32,000 nt of DNA. Source: Cylindrospermopsis raciborskii Cr2010. GTDB lineage: Bacteria > Cyanobacteriota > Cyanobacteriia > Cyanobacteriales > Nostocaceae. Every line of letters begins with the position of its first letter. The stretch's first letter is position 1. Under the pieces are notes generated by a model. That model saw only the letters and a program-made list of their open reading frames with translations, had not been told where the DNA came from and did not search any database. The DNA is taken from positions 150,001 to 182,000 of the forward strand of contig NZ_CP065936.1 in assembly GCF_003367075.2 (NCBI RefSeq), given 5' to 3'. Positions 10,901 through 19,771 of this stretch are shown here, piece after piece. A program made the position numbers and the translations under genes.

Positions 10901-12019
10901 AGTGTGAGTTTCAGTCCCGATGGTAAAACCATCGCTACCACCTCTGTGGACAAAACAGCTAGATTATGGAACTTGCAGGGAGAAACCATTCAACAATTTC
11001 ATGGTCACGAGAACTGGGTCACCAGTGTGAGTTTCAGTCCCGATGGTAAAACCATCGCTACCACCTCTGTGGACAAAACAGCTCGGTTGTGGGGGTTAAA
11101 TAGACACAAAATTCAGGAGATTAGAGGTCATGAAGATTGGGTTACCAGTGTGAGTTTTAGCCCAGATGGTCAAAATATTGCAACTGGTTCCCGAGACAAC
11201 ACAGCTCGGTTGTGGAACTGGGAAGGTCGTCTGATTCAAGAATTTAAAGGTCATCAAAGTCGAGTCACAAGTGTTAATTTCAGCCCAGATGGACAAACCA
11301 TAGGGACTGGTTCTGCTGATAAAACAGCTCGGTTGTGGAATTTGCAGGGTGATATCCTTGGAGAATTTCAGGGTCATGAGGACTGGGTTACAAGTGTCAG
11401 TTTCAGTCCCAATGGCCAAATCCTAGCTACTGGTTCCCGGGACAAAATAGCCAGGTTATGGAGCTTGCAGGGTGACCTCCTTGGAGAATTTCTAGGTCAT
11501 GAGGACTGGGTTACAAGTGTCAGTTTCAGTCCCAATGGCCAAGCTCTAGCTACTGGTAGTGCTGACAAAATAGCTAGGTTATGGAACTTGCAGGGTGACC
11601 TCCTTGGAAAATTTCCAGGTCATGAGGGTGGGGTTACAAGTGTGAGTTTCAGTCCCGATGGCCAAACTGTTGTTACCGGTTCAGTTGACAAAATAGCTCG
11701 TTTATGGAATTTAAAGGGTTATCTGATTCGGGAATTCAAGGGTCATGATAGTGGGATAACAAATGTGAGTTTCAGTCCTGATGGACAAACTCTCGCTACC
11801 GCTTCTGTTGATAAGACAGTCCGGTTATGGGACTTAAAGGGTCAGCTAATTCAAGAGTTTAAGGGTTATGATGATACAGTTACAAGTGTGAGTTTTAGCC
11901 CAGATGGCCAAACTCTTGCTACTGGTTCTTTGGATAAAATAGCCCGCTTATGGCCTGTACGGTATTTAGATAGAGCGTTGAAAGATGGCAACACTTGGTT
12001 AATTGATACTAATTTTTGA
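7994..12019 (+). CDS. STAND-class (NLR-like) P-loop NTPase with an N-terminal uncharacterised module, TPR-like helices and 14 C-terminal WD40 repeats
   Basis: Walker [10 protein letters not shown] (nt 8981-9007) and Walker [13 protein letters not shown] (nt 9236-9271). A coiled-coil segment [20 protein letters not shown] is followed by 14 units of [27 protein letters not shown] lies 9 nt upstream of the ATG. Confidence 0.9.
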   Translation: MNDLENIPNHHYEPIKTILRVIDFSQSQFSLIFLHCNDAELREQVAAQLRERSPNKIEEITLPHSAISLYDNISLTLDRHPEVLMVFGLETVNNLDSILQFSNQIREEFRKNFTFPLLIWIDDQILRKILRVAPDLETWGSIIGTPNYYNGENQVKSLAQIHRFLAEAALENQQWSEAKKQAQYAQEILTSVDHIILPDDGLYHLLIARSQIGLGETSTAIKNLEIAKTHSAPPQDPQLYIEILKTLASLYFDHGNYLEAFYVRQEQLQVEQQYGLRAFLGSSYLNPQRPIMNGTNGSNGRSMAFGREEDIKRLWQRISDNEHPLVVIHGQFAVGKTSIIQGGLVPILEQELIDDRQLLPIILREYTNWLEELWEQLLNKLENKLQSTIAIETFNGLSPQERIIKLLNISGDKNLLTVLIFDQLEEFFFVANNLEQKRTFYQLLRSCLDIPFVKIILTLREEYLHYLLEIDRLVDLRVTNNNILDKTIRYYLGNFSKAVAKRIIQTLMVKDQFELQMELIDQLVEELGDNLGEVRPLELQIVGAQLEKEGIDTLEQYEQFGGKQKLLEKFLQDVIKSCGPENESTAQLVLYLLTGENGTKPLKTQAEIITQLSVESDKLDLVLKIFVGSGLVWLVRESLRDRYQLVHDCLVQFIRYQYARSYYTQLSAQLERIQAELRQEREAEEQAQLVTKLEEDALIALDQFQTDPLLSLVTAVGNANLLKSIVQNNPLDKYPTVRPIYTLNTILDTISDRNIIKGHEGGITSVCFSPDGQSIGTGSWDKTIRLWNLRGENIQQFRGHEGGITSVCFSPDGQSIGTGSEDGTARLWNLQGKNIQQFRGHEGGVTSICFSPDGQSIGTGSEDGTARLWNLQGKNIQQFRGHEGGVTSICFSPDGQSIGTGSEDGTARLWNLQGENIQQFHGHEDWVTSVSFSPDGQILATTSVDKTVRLWNLQGETIQQFHGHENWVTSVSFSPDGKTIATTSVDKTARLWNLQGETIQQFHGHENWVTSVSFSPDGKTIATTSVDKTARLWGLNRHKIQEIRGHEDWVTSVSFSPDGQNIATGSRDNTARLWNWEGRLIQEFKGHQSRVTSVNFSPDGQTIGTGSADKTARLWNLQGDILGEFQGHEDWVTSVSFSPNGQILATGSRDKIARLWSLQGDLLGEFLGHEDWVTSVSFSPNGQALATGSADKIARLWNLQGDLLGKFPGHEGGVTSVSFSPDGQTVVTGSVDKIARLWNLKGYLIREFKGHDSGITNVSFSPDGQTLATASVDKTVRLWDLKGQLIQEFKGYDDTVTSVSFSPDGQTLATGSLDKIARLWPVRYLDRALKDGNTWLIDTNF
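10265..11986 (+). repeat. In-frame tandem array of 14 x 123-bp (41-aa) WD40 units with very high internal nucleotide identity
   Basis: The period is exactly 123 nt (GGTCAT at 10265, 10388, 10511, 10634 ...). 10838-10960 is identical to 10961-11083. 10427-10551 is identical to 10550-10674. Confidence 0.95.
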
Positions 12020-13061
12020 TGATCCCCCCACCTAATACCTTATCTCCCTCATACCAAACTGCTGCTTGTCCAGGTGTGATGCTGAATTGGGGTTCATCAA
12101 ATACCAGTTGTACACAGTCGGTTTCCCCAGGGATAATTGTTGCCAGTACAGGTTGAGAACGGTAACGTATTTGCACTTCCCCACGAATAGTACCTCTGGG
12201 TTCTGCCATGGATACCCAGTTTACTCGCTCAACCGTACACTCTTTCTCTGTACCTTTCGTGCGATCGCCTACTACGACAAGATTATTAACTGTGTCTAAC
12301 TTTATGACATATAGTGGTTCAGCTGCGGCAATTCCTAAGCCTTTGCGCTGTCCTATAGTGTAATGGTGAACACCATCATGCTTGCCTAAAATTTTGCCGT
12401 TACTGTCCACAATATCACCAGGTTTAGGAGCTAAATATTTGTCTAGAAATGCCCGCATGGAACCATTGCTCTCTACTAAGCATAAGTCCTGGCTCTCGGG
12501 TTTATCGGCGGTTTTTAAGCCATATTCGGCGGCAATTTTACGAGTATCATTTTTATTTAACTCTCCCAGGGGAAAGATAGTACCTGCTAGTAGTTCTTGG
12601 GATAAATCATATAAAAAGTAGGATTGATCTTTGTTGCGGTCAAAGGCACGTAGTAACTGATAACGTTCAGTCCCATGGTCGTAAGCAATTCGGGCATAAT
12701 GACCAGTAGCAATAACATCAGATCCCAGTTTTTCTCTTGCATATTCTAACATGGGACCAAATTTCACAGTTCTGTTACATTGGGAACAGGGTAAGGGGGT
12801 GATTCCCGCGCTGTAACCGGAAACCAGATAATCCACAATGTTAGTTTGGAACACATCCCGCATATCAACAATTTCATGGGGAATACTTAGTTGTTGGCAA
12901 ATAGTAGCTGCATCCACCATACCCTCGGAGCAGCACTGACCCTTCCCTTTCATTAACCAAAGGGTCAAACCAATGACATCATAGCCCTGATTGTGTAGAA
13001 TGGCCGCTGCTACGGAACTGTCAACGCCACCAGAAAGACCAACAACAACTTTTTTCATCAT
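12009..13061 (-). CDS. mnmA: tRNA-specific 2-thiouridylase MnmA
   Basis: [20 protein letters not shown]-loop, catalytic Cys context ([10 protein letters not shown]), 350 aa. Its 3' end overlaps the convergent WD40 gene by 11 nt. Confidence 0.95.
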   Translation of the reverse strand: MMKKVVVGLSGGVDSSVAAAILHNQGYDVIGLTLWLMKGKGQCCSEGMVDAATICQQLSIPHEIVDMRDVFQTNIVDYLVSGYSAGITPLPCSQCNRTVKFGPMLEYAREKLGSDVIATGHYARIAYDHGTERYQLLRAFDRNKDQSYFLYDLSQELLAGTIFPLGELNKNDTRKIAAEYGLKTADKPESQDLCLVESNGSMRAFLDKYLAPKPGDIVDSNGKILGKHDGVHHYTIGQRKGLGIAAAEPLYVIKLDTVNNLVVVGDRTKGTEKECTVERVNWVSMAEPRGTIRGEVQIRYRSQPVLATIIPGETDCVQLVFDEPQFSITPGQAAVWYEGDKVLGGGIIKN

Positions 13062-13333
13062 TAATCTTTTTCATAGTTGAGATTTACAACATATAGACAC
13101 TTTTCTAGGGTAGCACAGGTTTTGCGTTAGTGGTTGACGGTTGTTGACTGGAAGTTTATGGTGTGTTTGGTAGGTTGTGGTGTTCAATCAATCCAAGACT
13201 ATCCTGATTAAAATGATAAATGATAGAAATTTAAAGCAAAACTTCATCTTTTGGTAAAGTATGTTGAAGTTAGGGCTACTTTACCTTTGGATTTTTAGAT
13301 TCGGTTTGATTGATTAAAATTCTCCTACTCTAC

Positions 13334-14074
13334 ATGACAAATATGGCGAATTTAAATAGTACTACCTCTTTATCTATGCTCTTCTTGTTGGCATCTAGTA
13401 ATTTAGTGATAATGTGCCAACAAGCTTTAGCCAAAACGCTTGATACACAGTTTATGGGTCAGGGTGAGGTGGTTATTCTCTCCCAACTAGATCCCCGTGG
13501 CTATGCTAGCAGAAACTCGGACAGGTATGTGGTCTATGTTGAAACTGATAGTCAATATGTTTTACAACAAGTCCGTCGAGTTGATAGTAATGCTTATATT
13601 CGCCCTTTTGGTGGACGTAGTGTTATTCAGTCAGGTGTTTTTAGTGAATCCTATTATGCTGCTGAACGGGTAAGGGACTTAGAGTTAAATGGTGTAAGTG
13701 GTATTCGTGTTATGGTTGTCTCCCCTCCAGGACAAATATCATCTTCTGTCTCTACCACTACATCCAACTTGGGTTATGATGGTGGTGCTGCAACCTCTTC
13801 TGACAACTCTGCTAACATTGACCTGACAAAACAAGCTCACTACTATGTTGAGTCTTATTATGTGGTTGTTCCCACAAGTGCTGAGAATTTACGAACCATC
13901 TGGCAACAAATTCGACACAAAGTAAAAGGGAGAGTTCATGTTCTGATGAGAAGCGAACCTAGAGGATTTCACGTAGCTCTGGGTAAATTTAAAGATCGCT
14001 ATCAAGCGGAGCAATGGAGTAACTACTTGAAAAGACTGGGTTATGGTAATGCTAGGGTATATTATGGGAGATAA
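13334..14074 (+). CDS. Secreted protein with two SPOR-like (peptidoglycan-binding) repeats
   Basis: Signal-peptide-like N-terminus (LSMLFLLASSNLVIMCQQALA). The C-terminal segment YYVVVPTSAENL...GFHVALGKFKDRYQAEQWSNYLKRLGYGNARVYYG resembles the SPOR fold pattern. The start is ambiguous (13310 TTG, 13334 ATG or 13343 ATG). Confidence 0.5.
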   Translation: MTNMANLNSTTSLSMLFLLASSNLVIMCQQALAKTLDTQFMGQGEVVILSQLDPRGYASRNSDRYVVYVETDSQYVLQQVRRVDSNAYIRPFGGRSVIQSGVFSESYYAAERVRDLELNGVSGIRVMVVSPPGQISSSVSTTTSNLGYDGGAATSSDNSANIDLTKQAHYYVESYYVVVPTSAENLRTIWQQIRHKVKGRVHVLMRSEPRGFHVALGKFKDRYQAEQWSNYLKRLGYGNARVYYGR

Positions 14075-14084
14075 AATTTGACTA

Positions 14085-15671
14085 ATGAATAACCAGGATT
14101 TGAAGCATCTAAAGGAAATATTTGTTGTCACTGCTGCTCAGATGCGGGATGTGGAATCAAGAGTTTTCGCCGCAGGAATGCCCATTCCAGCTTTGATGGA
14201 AAAAGTAGGTAGGCTCATTTGCGATCGCCTTTTATCTATGACATTAAAAGGTTCTAGGGTTGGTATTTTAGCTGGGCCTGGTCATAATGGTGGTGATGCT
14301 TTGGTGGTGGGAAGGGAATTACATTTTCGTGGTTATAATGTTTGGATTTATCAACCTTTTGGTCAACTCAAGGAGTTAACTAACCAACATTTTCACTATG
14401 CTCAAAGTTTAGGAATTCCTTGTTTTTCTCAACTAGCTGAATTGCCAGATTGTGATTTTTTAATTGATGGGTTATTTGGCTTTGGTTTAGAAAGAGAAAT
14501 CACTGGCAACATTGCTGAGGCTATTAATCATCTTAATCTGTGGAACAAACCAATTTTTAGTATTGATTTACCTTCGGGAATACACACCGATACGGGAGCG
14601 GTTTTAGGAACTGCTATTTGTGCTTCCCACACTTTTTGTTTGGGTTTGTGGAAACAGGGTTTATTACAAGAACAAGCAATAAAATATGCAGGAAAAACAG
14701 AGTTAGTTGATTTTGATATTCCTCTGGCTGATATTCAGGCAGTTTTGGGGGAAGTTCCCACCATCAAACGCATTACCCAAAGTCTAGTAATTAATACTTT
14801 ACCCCTACCTCTTTCTCCCATCGTGCATAAATATAAATCTGGACATCTGTTACTAATTTGTGGCTCTAAACGCTATGCAGGGGGAGCAATTTTAACTGGT
14901 TTAGGTGCTAGAGCATCTGGGATTGGCATGTTATCTATTGCCGTGCCAGAAAGTATTAAACCTTTATTAGTTTCCCACTTACCAGAAGCTCTCATTATTG
15001 GTTGTCCAGAAACAAATAATGGAGCAATTTCCCATTTACAATTGCCTGGAGAAACCACTTTAAATTCCTTTACTGTTATTGCGTGTGGACCTGGATTAAC
15101 TACAGAAGCAACTCCTATTGTGGAGCAAGTAATAAAAAGTGAAGTTCCCATAATTCTGGATGCAGATGCTCTCAATATTCTAGCACAATTGGGCACAATT
15201 ACCACTTTAAAAAACCGCCATCAACCTACTATTCTCACTCCCCATGGAGGAGAGTTTCATCGCCTATTTCCTGAGATTGATATCACAAATAGAGTCAAAG
15301 GAGTGCAAACAGCAGCATCACAAACTAGAGCCATAGTTCTATTAAAAGGAGCAAGAACTGCGATCGCTAAACATCAGGGAGTTACTTGGATAAACTCTGA
15401 AAGTACACCAGCTTTAGCTCGGGGTGGGAGTGGTGATGTATTAACTGGACTAATGGGGGGGATTTTAGGACAGGTGGTTAACAGACAAGTTAATATGGAG
15501 GATGTGGTAGCAACAGCAGCTTGGTGGCACTCTCAAGCTGGTATTTTGGCAGCAAAGGAGAGAACGGAGTTAGGAGTTGATGCTTTTACCTTGACCCAGT
15601 ATTTAAACAGAGTTTTGGCTCAAATCCAAACTGATGAGATAAGTAAGTGGGTGGAATTAAATATAAGATGA
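14085..15671 (+). CDS. nnr: Bifunctional NAD(P)H-hydrate repair enzyme (epimerase plus ADP-dependent dehydratase)
   Basis: YjeF-N domain (GPGHNGGDALVVGREL) followed by a carbohydrate-kinase-like domain (GGSGDVLTGLMGG). The last roughly 11 codons and the stop lie inside repeat copy B. Confidence 0.92.
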   Translation: MNNQDLKHLKEIFVVTAAQMRDVESRVFAAGMPIPALMEKVGRLICDRLLSMTLKGSRVGILAGPGHNGGDALVVGRELHFRGYNVWIYQPFGQLKELTNQHFHYAQSLGIPCFSQLAELPDCDFLIDGLFGFGLEREITGNIAEAINHLNLWNKPIFSIDLPSGIHTDTGAVLGTAICASHTFCLGLWKQGLLQEQAIKYAGKTELVDFDIPLADIQAVLGEVPTIKRITQSLVINTLPLPLSPIVHKYKSGHLLLICGSKRYAGGAILTGLGARASGIGMLSIAVPESIKPLLVSHLPEALIIGCPETNNGAISHLQLPGETTLNSFTVIACGPGLTTEATPIVEQVIKSEVPIILDADALNILAQLGTITTLKNRHQPTILTPHGGEFHRLFPEIDITNRVKGVQTAASQTRAIVLLKGARTAIAKHQGVTWINSESTPALARGGSGDVLTGLMGGILGQVVNRQVNMEDVVATAAWWHSQAGILAAKERTELGVDAFTLTQYLNRVLAQIQTDEISKWVELNIR

Positions 15672-15713
15672 ACGTAGGTTGGGTTGAAGTATGAAACCCA
15701 ACACCCCCATGGG
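15638..15713 (+). repeat. Dispersed hairpin-repeat family, copy B
   Basis: gataagtaagtgggtggaattaaatataagatgaacgtaGGTTGGGTTgaagtatgaAACCCAACacccccatggg has an 8-bp stem GTTGGGTT/AACCCAAC. Over about 66 aligned nt it differs from copy C by 6 substitutions and one 4-nt indel. Confidence 0.8.
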
Positions 15714-15725
15714 TCTCGGATAAAA

Positions 15726-17306
15726 CTATACAATTATGGCATCCAATTGCTTGTTACACCATTTTCCCTCAATTAATTCCGTTACCAGTGGTGTAATTAC
15801 AAATTGAGGAGGAATACCAGCTTTAACATCCACACGCACACAAGAATAGGGTTTTCTCGTCTCTAAATCATAACCGGTACGTCCCACATACAACAAAGAA
15901 TCGGCAACTTTTCGCGTGTGGGCACTATCATGCTCGCTAAAATCCTCTAACAACTCAGTTCCTTCCTCTCGCTGACGACGAGGACGACGACCACTACCAC
16001 CACAGACAATATAGTTAATACCAGAATCTCCATATCCAGTGTCTGTAGTTTTTAAAAACTCCAAACAGTGGGCGTGACCATTAAACACCAGATCTACCAA
16101 GGGTCTTCCCCCAGTTATTTCTCTCCCCATATTTCCTAAAGCTACCCTTACCTGTTCCAATACCTCCCGTAATCGATGACGAACTGCTAAAGTTTGTCCC
16201 TGTTGCCATTTGGTTGCTTCTGTAACGTAGGGAGGATGATGAAAAAATAACACCCTTCCCCTAACATTTAAATCTTGCCAGGATGCAATTAATCTATCCC
16301 TTAACCATTCCAGTTGCTCAAAATCTGTATCCGCATTAGTGTGACTTTCTAATTGTTTCTCAATATCAAGTTTGACTTCATTTAATTGATCCAATTTACC
16401 CGCTAAATCTGCTAGAAGATCTGATTCTCGCGGATTTTTTGAGTCTAACTTCTCATATACCGCTAAAATTTCTAACTCCTCCCGCTCCAAAGAGCGACGA
16501 CTTTCCCACAATTTTTGACGAATATCCTGGGCTCGACTTTTTGGTAAAGGTTCTGGAGTATTAAAAGTGTTAGAATCCAAGGCAAAAAAATCTATTCCCC
16601 CATAATTAAAACTATAGTATCTATTGGGTAACCTCGTAAATTCACCTGGTTGGTAATTTAAGCATCTACCTGTATTAACTTTCCCAGTATAATATTTATT
16701 TAGGTGAGCTACCAAATCAGAGGAACCAATAGCAGCTAGATAATCAATAAAAGCTCTAGCGTAAGTATCTCCTTGGTTGGAACCATGCCAACCAATTTCA
16801 ATATCTTTATAACGTAACATTTGTCGTAGAGGTAAGGTTGAACCTGTAATCAAACGATATAATAAAGGTACATCATAATAATCATGATTGCCGAGAACTG
16901 GTAATATGGGCAACTTAAAGGTCATGTGATTATAAGCTATGTTTTCTGGATTCTCTCCACCAAGTAAAAATTCCCGGTAAGGTTGAATGAAATTGGCTGG
17001 ATAATATTCACGAGAACCTACAACATAAACCACATCTCCGGTATGTAGAATAAAACGACAATCATCAAGATGATTTAACATCATTTCAGTTACTTGACGT
17101 TGCGGATGGGAGCCATAATTTGATTTCGTCCCACTGTCACCCATAACCATAAAGGAAAATTCTTGATTTTTTTCCCTACCTTGATCATCGAATTTCATCA
17201 CGGTTTGGTCAATATTATGCTCCAAAATAGCTGGATGTCGCCATCTAACTCTTTGTTTCATTCTCTGAATTTTGGTGGGAACCGAGGGTTCAGAAATTAA
17301 TTTCAT
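15726..17306 (-). CDS. Calcineurin-like metallophosphoesterase with a coiled-coil insertion
   Basis: MPE motifs GDSG, HTGDVVY, GNHDYY and GHAHCLE. An insertion rich in E/L/K/R lies between the motifs. The start overlaps the murJ stop by 4 nt. Confidence 0.85.
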   Translation of the reverse strand: MKLISEPSVPTKIQRMKQRVRWRHPAILEHNIDQTVMKFDDQGREKNQEFSFMVMGDSGTKSNYGSHPQRQVTEMMLNHLDDCRFILHTGDVVYVVGSREYYPANFIQPYREFLLGGENPENIAYNHMTFKLPILPVLGNHDYYDVPLLYRLITGSTLPLRQMLRYKDIEIGWHGSNQGDTYARAFIDYLAAIGSSDLVAHLNKYYTGKVNTGRCLNYQPGEFTRLPNRYYSFNYGGIDFFALDSNTFNTPEPLPKSRAQDIRQKLWESRRSLEREELEILAVYEKLDSKNPRESDLLADLAGKLDQLNEVKLDIEKQLESHTNADTDFEQLEWLRDRLIASWQDLNVRGRVLFFHHPPYVTEATKWQQGQTLAVRHRLREVLEQVRVALGNMGREITGGRPLVDLVFNGHAHCLEFLKTTDTGYGDSGINYIVCGGSGRRPRRQREEGTELLEDFSEHDSAHTRKVADSLLYVGRTGYDLETRKPYSCVRVDVKAGIPPQFVITPLVTELIEGKWCNKQLDAIIV

Positions 17307-18919
17307 CTGGATATCCTCAAAAATTTCTGTTTCATTTTGGTGACAAAACTATTGACTTCTGGTATTTTCATTGTCCCCACAATCATGGCAAATATAGCAA
17401 TTCCCACAATAGCAGTAACGGACAATTCAAGAATCAAAACTACTAAATTTTGGCTGGGTATTAGCAGTTGACAAGTAACAAAGGTTTGATAGCTACTAAC
17501 ACCAGCAACCACACTGCCAAAAGTTAAACCCAAAATTGGCCAAGTCCATTCTCTCAGGGGTAAACCATTGAGTTTACGGTTTAACAACCACAATAACATT
17601 AACATAGAACTACAATTAACACCCACTGTGGCTAAAACCAAACCAGGAGCGCCAAAAGGTTTCACGAGGACAAAATCCAAAACTGCATTCAGAAAAATAT
17701 TAAACGTACTGATTTTGAATGGAGTTTGTCCGTCACCTAAAGCGTAAAATACCCTCACTAAAACATCTCTCCCCAAGTAGACAAACATTCCTATGCCATA
17801 GGCTATTAATAGGGAAGCAACTAACTCGGTAGCTTCTTGATTAAATGCACCCCGTTGATAGACTACCTGAACAATGGGTGTAGATAAACCTATCATTAAA
17901 CCACCTAAAGGTAGCATGGTCACAGCAGTTAATATAATCCCCTGACGAATGCGTAATTTTAGATCTGGCCAAGATTGCGGTTCAGCTAATTTGGCGAACA
18001 TTGGTAATAGGGGAAGTAAAATAATATTAGAAATAATTCCTAGTGGTGTTTGAACTAGTAAATTAGCGTAATTGAAAGCTGCTGCTGCACCTTTGATGGG
18101 ACTTGCAAAAAATAAATCAGTTGCTACATTAATTGGCATCATACCAGAAGAAATAGTAGCAGGAATCATTATTTTAATTACTTCTTGAACTGCAGGAGAT
18201 TTAAAATCAAACCTCAGTTTTAATTTTCCTAAACCTAACCTCCACTGAAAAATTAATTGTACGGACCATTGTAAAATTGCTCCGATTAAGGTTCCCCAAG
18301 CTAATACCATCCCTCCCATAAATGCAAATTCTGGCTGAATTATTTGTTTACCATATTCTAACGCTAAAATACCAATACCAATAACTACTGTAATACTGGA
18401 TAACAGGGGACTAATTGATAATAGCCAATATTGGTTTGCTGCATTGAGGGTGCCAAAACCAAGACCAATTAAACCAGAAAATAAGGCCATTGGTGACATG
18501 ATTTGTAGCTGACGAACAGCAATTTCTCTGGTTTTTACATCTAATCCATAACCAACCAGATCAATTAAGGGTTCCGCTAAAAAAATTTGAGCGACTGTTA
18601 CTACTAATAATAATCCGCTAACTAGGGTTGTTACTGTTTCTACAATAGGAGGCGCTTCTTCTCGTTTACGTTTGGCTAAGACGCTGACAAGGGCACTATG
18701 TAGAGGACCGTTTACTCCACCAAGTAAAATCAATAAAAATCCAGGAATAATATAAGCGTAACTATAAGCAGTAGCAGCAGCACCAACACCAAAAGCAGCT
18801 GCTATAGCTTGTTGTCTAATTAACCCGAATATTTTACTAATTAAAGTTGCAGCAGCAACTATACCAGCAATACCAGCAAAGGAACGGGATGATTTCTGCT
18901 TCTGTGGTTGTTCAGTCAC
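17303..18919 (-). CDS. murJ: Lipid II flippase MurJ (MviN)
   Basis: 538-aa polytopic protein with the MurJ N-terminus (SRSFAGIAGIVAAATLISKIFGLIRQQAIAAAFG) and about 14 predicted TM segments. Confidence 0.92.
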   Translation of the reverse strand: MTEQPQKQKSSRSFAGIAGIVAAATLISKIFGLIRQQAIAAAFGVGAAATAYSYAYIIPGFLLILLGGVNGPLHSALVSVLAKRKREEAPPIVETVTTLVSGLLLVVTVAQIFLAEPLIDLVGYGLDVKTREIAVRQLQIMSPMALFSGLIGLGFGTLNAANQYWLLSISPLLSSITVVIGIGILALEYGKQIIQPEFAFMGGMVLAWGTLIGAILQWSVQLIFQWRLGLGKLKLRFDFKSPAVQEVIKIMIPATISSGMMPINVATDLFFASPIKGAAAAFNYANLLVQTPLGIISNIILLPLLPMFAKLAEPQSWPDLKLRIRQGIILTAVTMLPLGGLMIGLSTPIVQVVYQRGAFNQEATELVASLLIAYGIGMFVYLGRDVLVRVFYALGDGQTPFKISTFNIFLNAVLDFVLVKPFGAPGLVLATVGVNCSSMLMLLWLLNRKLNGLPLREWTWPILGLTFGSVVAGVSSYQTFVTCQLLIPSQNLVVLILELSVTAIVGIAIFAMIVGTMKIPEVNSFVTKMKQKFLRISR

Positions 18920-18993
18920 GAATAATACCTAAAGATTCACACTAGACCAAGATAATATCAAAAATATAGCTAAAGATATAGAAAGCTATAGGA

Positions 18994-19743
18994 TTAAAAT
19001 TTTTGACCAATCAGTTTTTTCAAAAATTGCAAAATCTTACCGGAAAAGGAACTAATAAAACGATAGGACTGACGAACCTGGTTGAGTAAGGAATAGGGTA
19101 CTCGTAACTTAAAAGGATAAAAAATTGGTAAGTATATCAAATAATAAGCCTTTTTTAAATCCTCCCATTTGGAACATTTATCCTCATGGAGAAAATCAGA
19201 AATGTCTACCACTAAACCTCTCCCCTCAAACATCATGACATTTTTACCATGAACATCGTGGGGAAATAGACCTCGACTACGTGCATAATCCAACGCTCGA
19301 TCAATATCTTTAATTACCCTAACAGGAATGCGTAATCCACGATTCAGACAATCATAGAGGGTTACACCAAATAATCTTTTTAGAACTAATAGACCATTGT
19401 AGGCATAAAAGCATTGCGAATAGGCTGGATGAGAGCCTATGCGATTGTAAACTTCTAATTCCTCATCAAATCCAGGACGACCAGGAGCGTAAATCTTGAC
19501 CACCACATCGGGAAAATCAGGATGACAAACCACTGCTGCATAGTTACCCGTACCTATTAGCTCCCAGGGAGGTGGTAGATGGTGAACCACTGCTGGATTA
19601 TGGGGGTGCACACTTTCCACCACTAACTGGGGTAATAGTTCTTGATGAATGATGGTAACTAATGGTTGAATACTTGCTTGATCTATAGAATGTGTACCCA
19701 TACATACAAAATTGAGTAGTATTGCATTTATTAAATGTACCAC
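18994..19743 (-). CDS. Small atypical protein-kinase-like fold protein
   Basis: Gly-rich loop-like GTGNYAAVV, VVKIY (VAIK-like Lys), catalytic-loop-like HDVHGKNVM and DFG-like VVDISDF. The start may instead be the ATG at 19701. Confidence 0.55.
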   Translation of the reverse strand: MVHLINAILLNFVCMGTHSIDQASIQPLVTIIHQELLPQLVVESVHPHNPAVVHHLPPPWELIGTGNYAAVVCHPDFPDVVVKIYAPGRPGFDEELEVYNRIGSHPAYSQCFYAYNGLLVLKRLFGVTLYDCLNRGLRIPVRVIKDIDRALDYARSRGLFPHDVHGKNVMMFEGRGLVVDISDFLHEDKCSKWEDLKKAYYLIYLPIFYPFKLRVPYSLLNQVRQSYRFISSFSGKILQFLKKLIGQKF

Positions 19744-19771
19744 TCAATTAGGATCCTCACTCCTAAAAAAA

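Noticed and set aside
10265-11986. Regular 123-bp repeats that could be mistaken for a CRISPR array or satellite
   Set aside because: The repeats are contiguous with no spacers, lie in frame within one long ORF, and encode canonical WD40 units.
12009-12019. 11-nt overlap of the convergent 3' ends of the STAND gene and mnmA
   Set aside because: Short convergent overlaps are common in compact genomes. Nothing else marks the site, so it is noted only as context.
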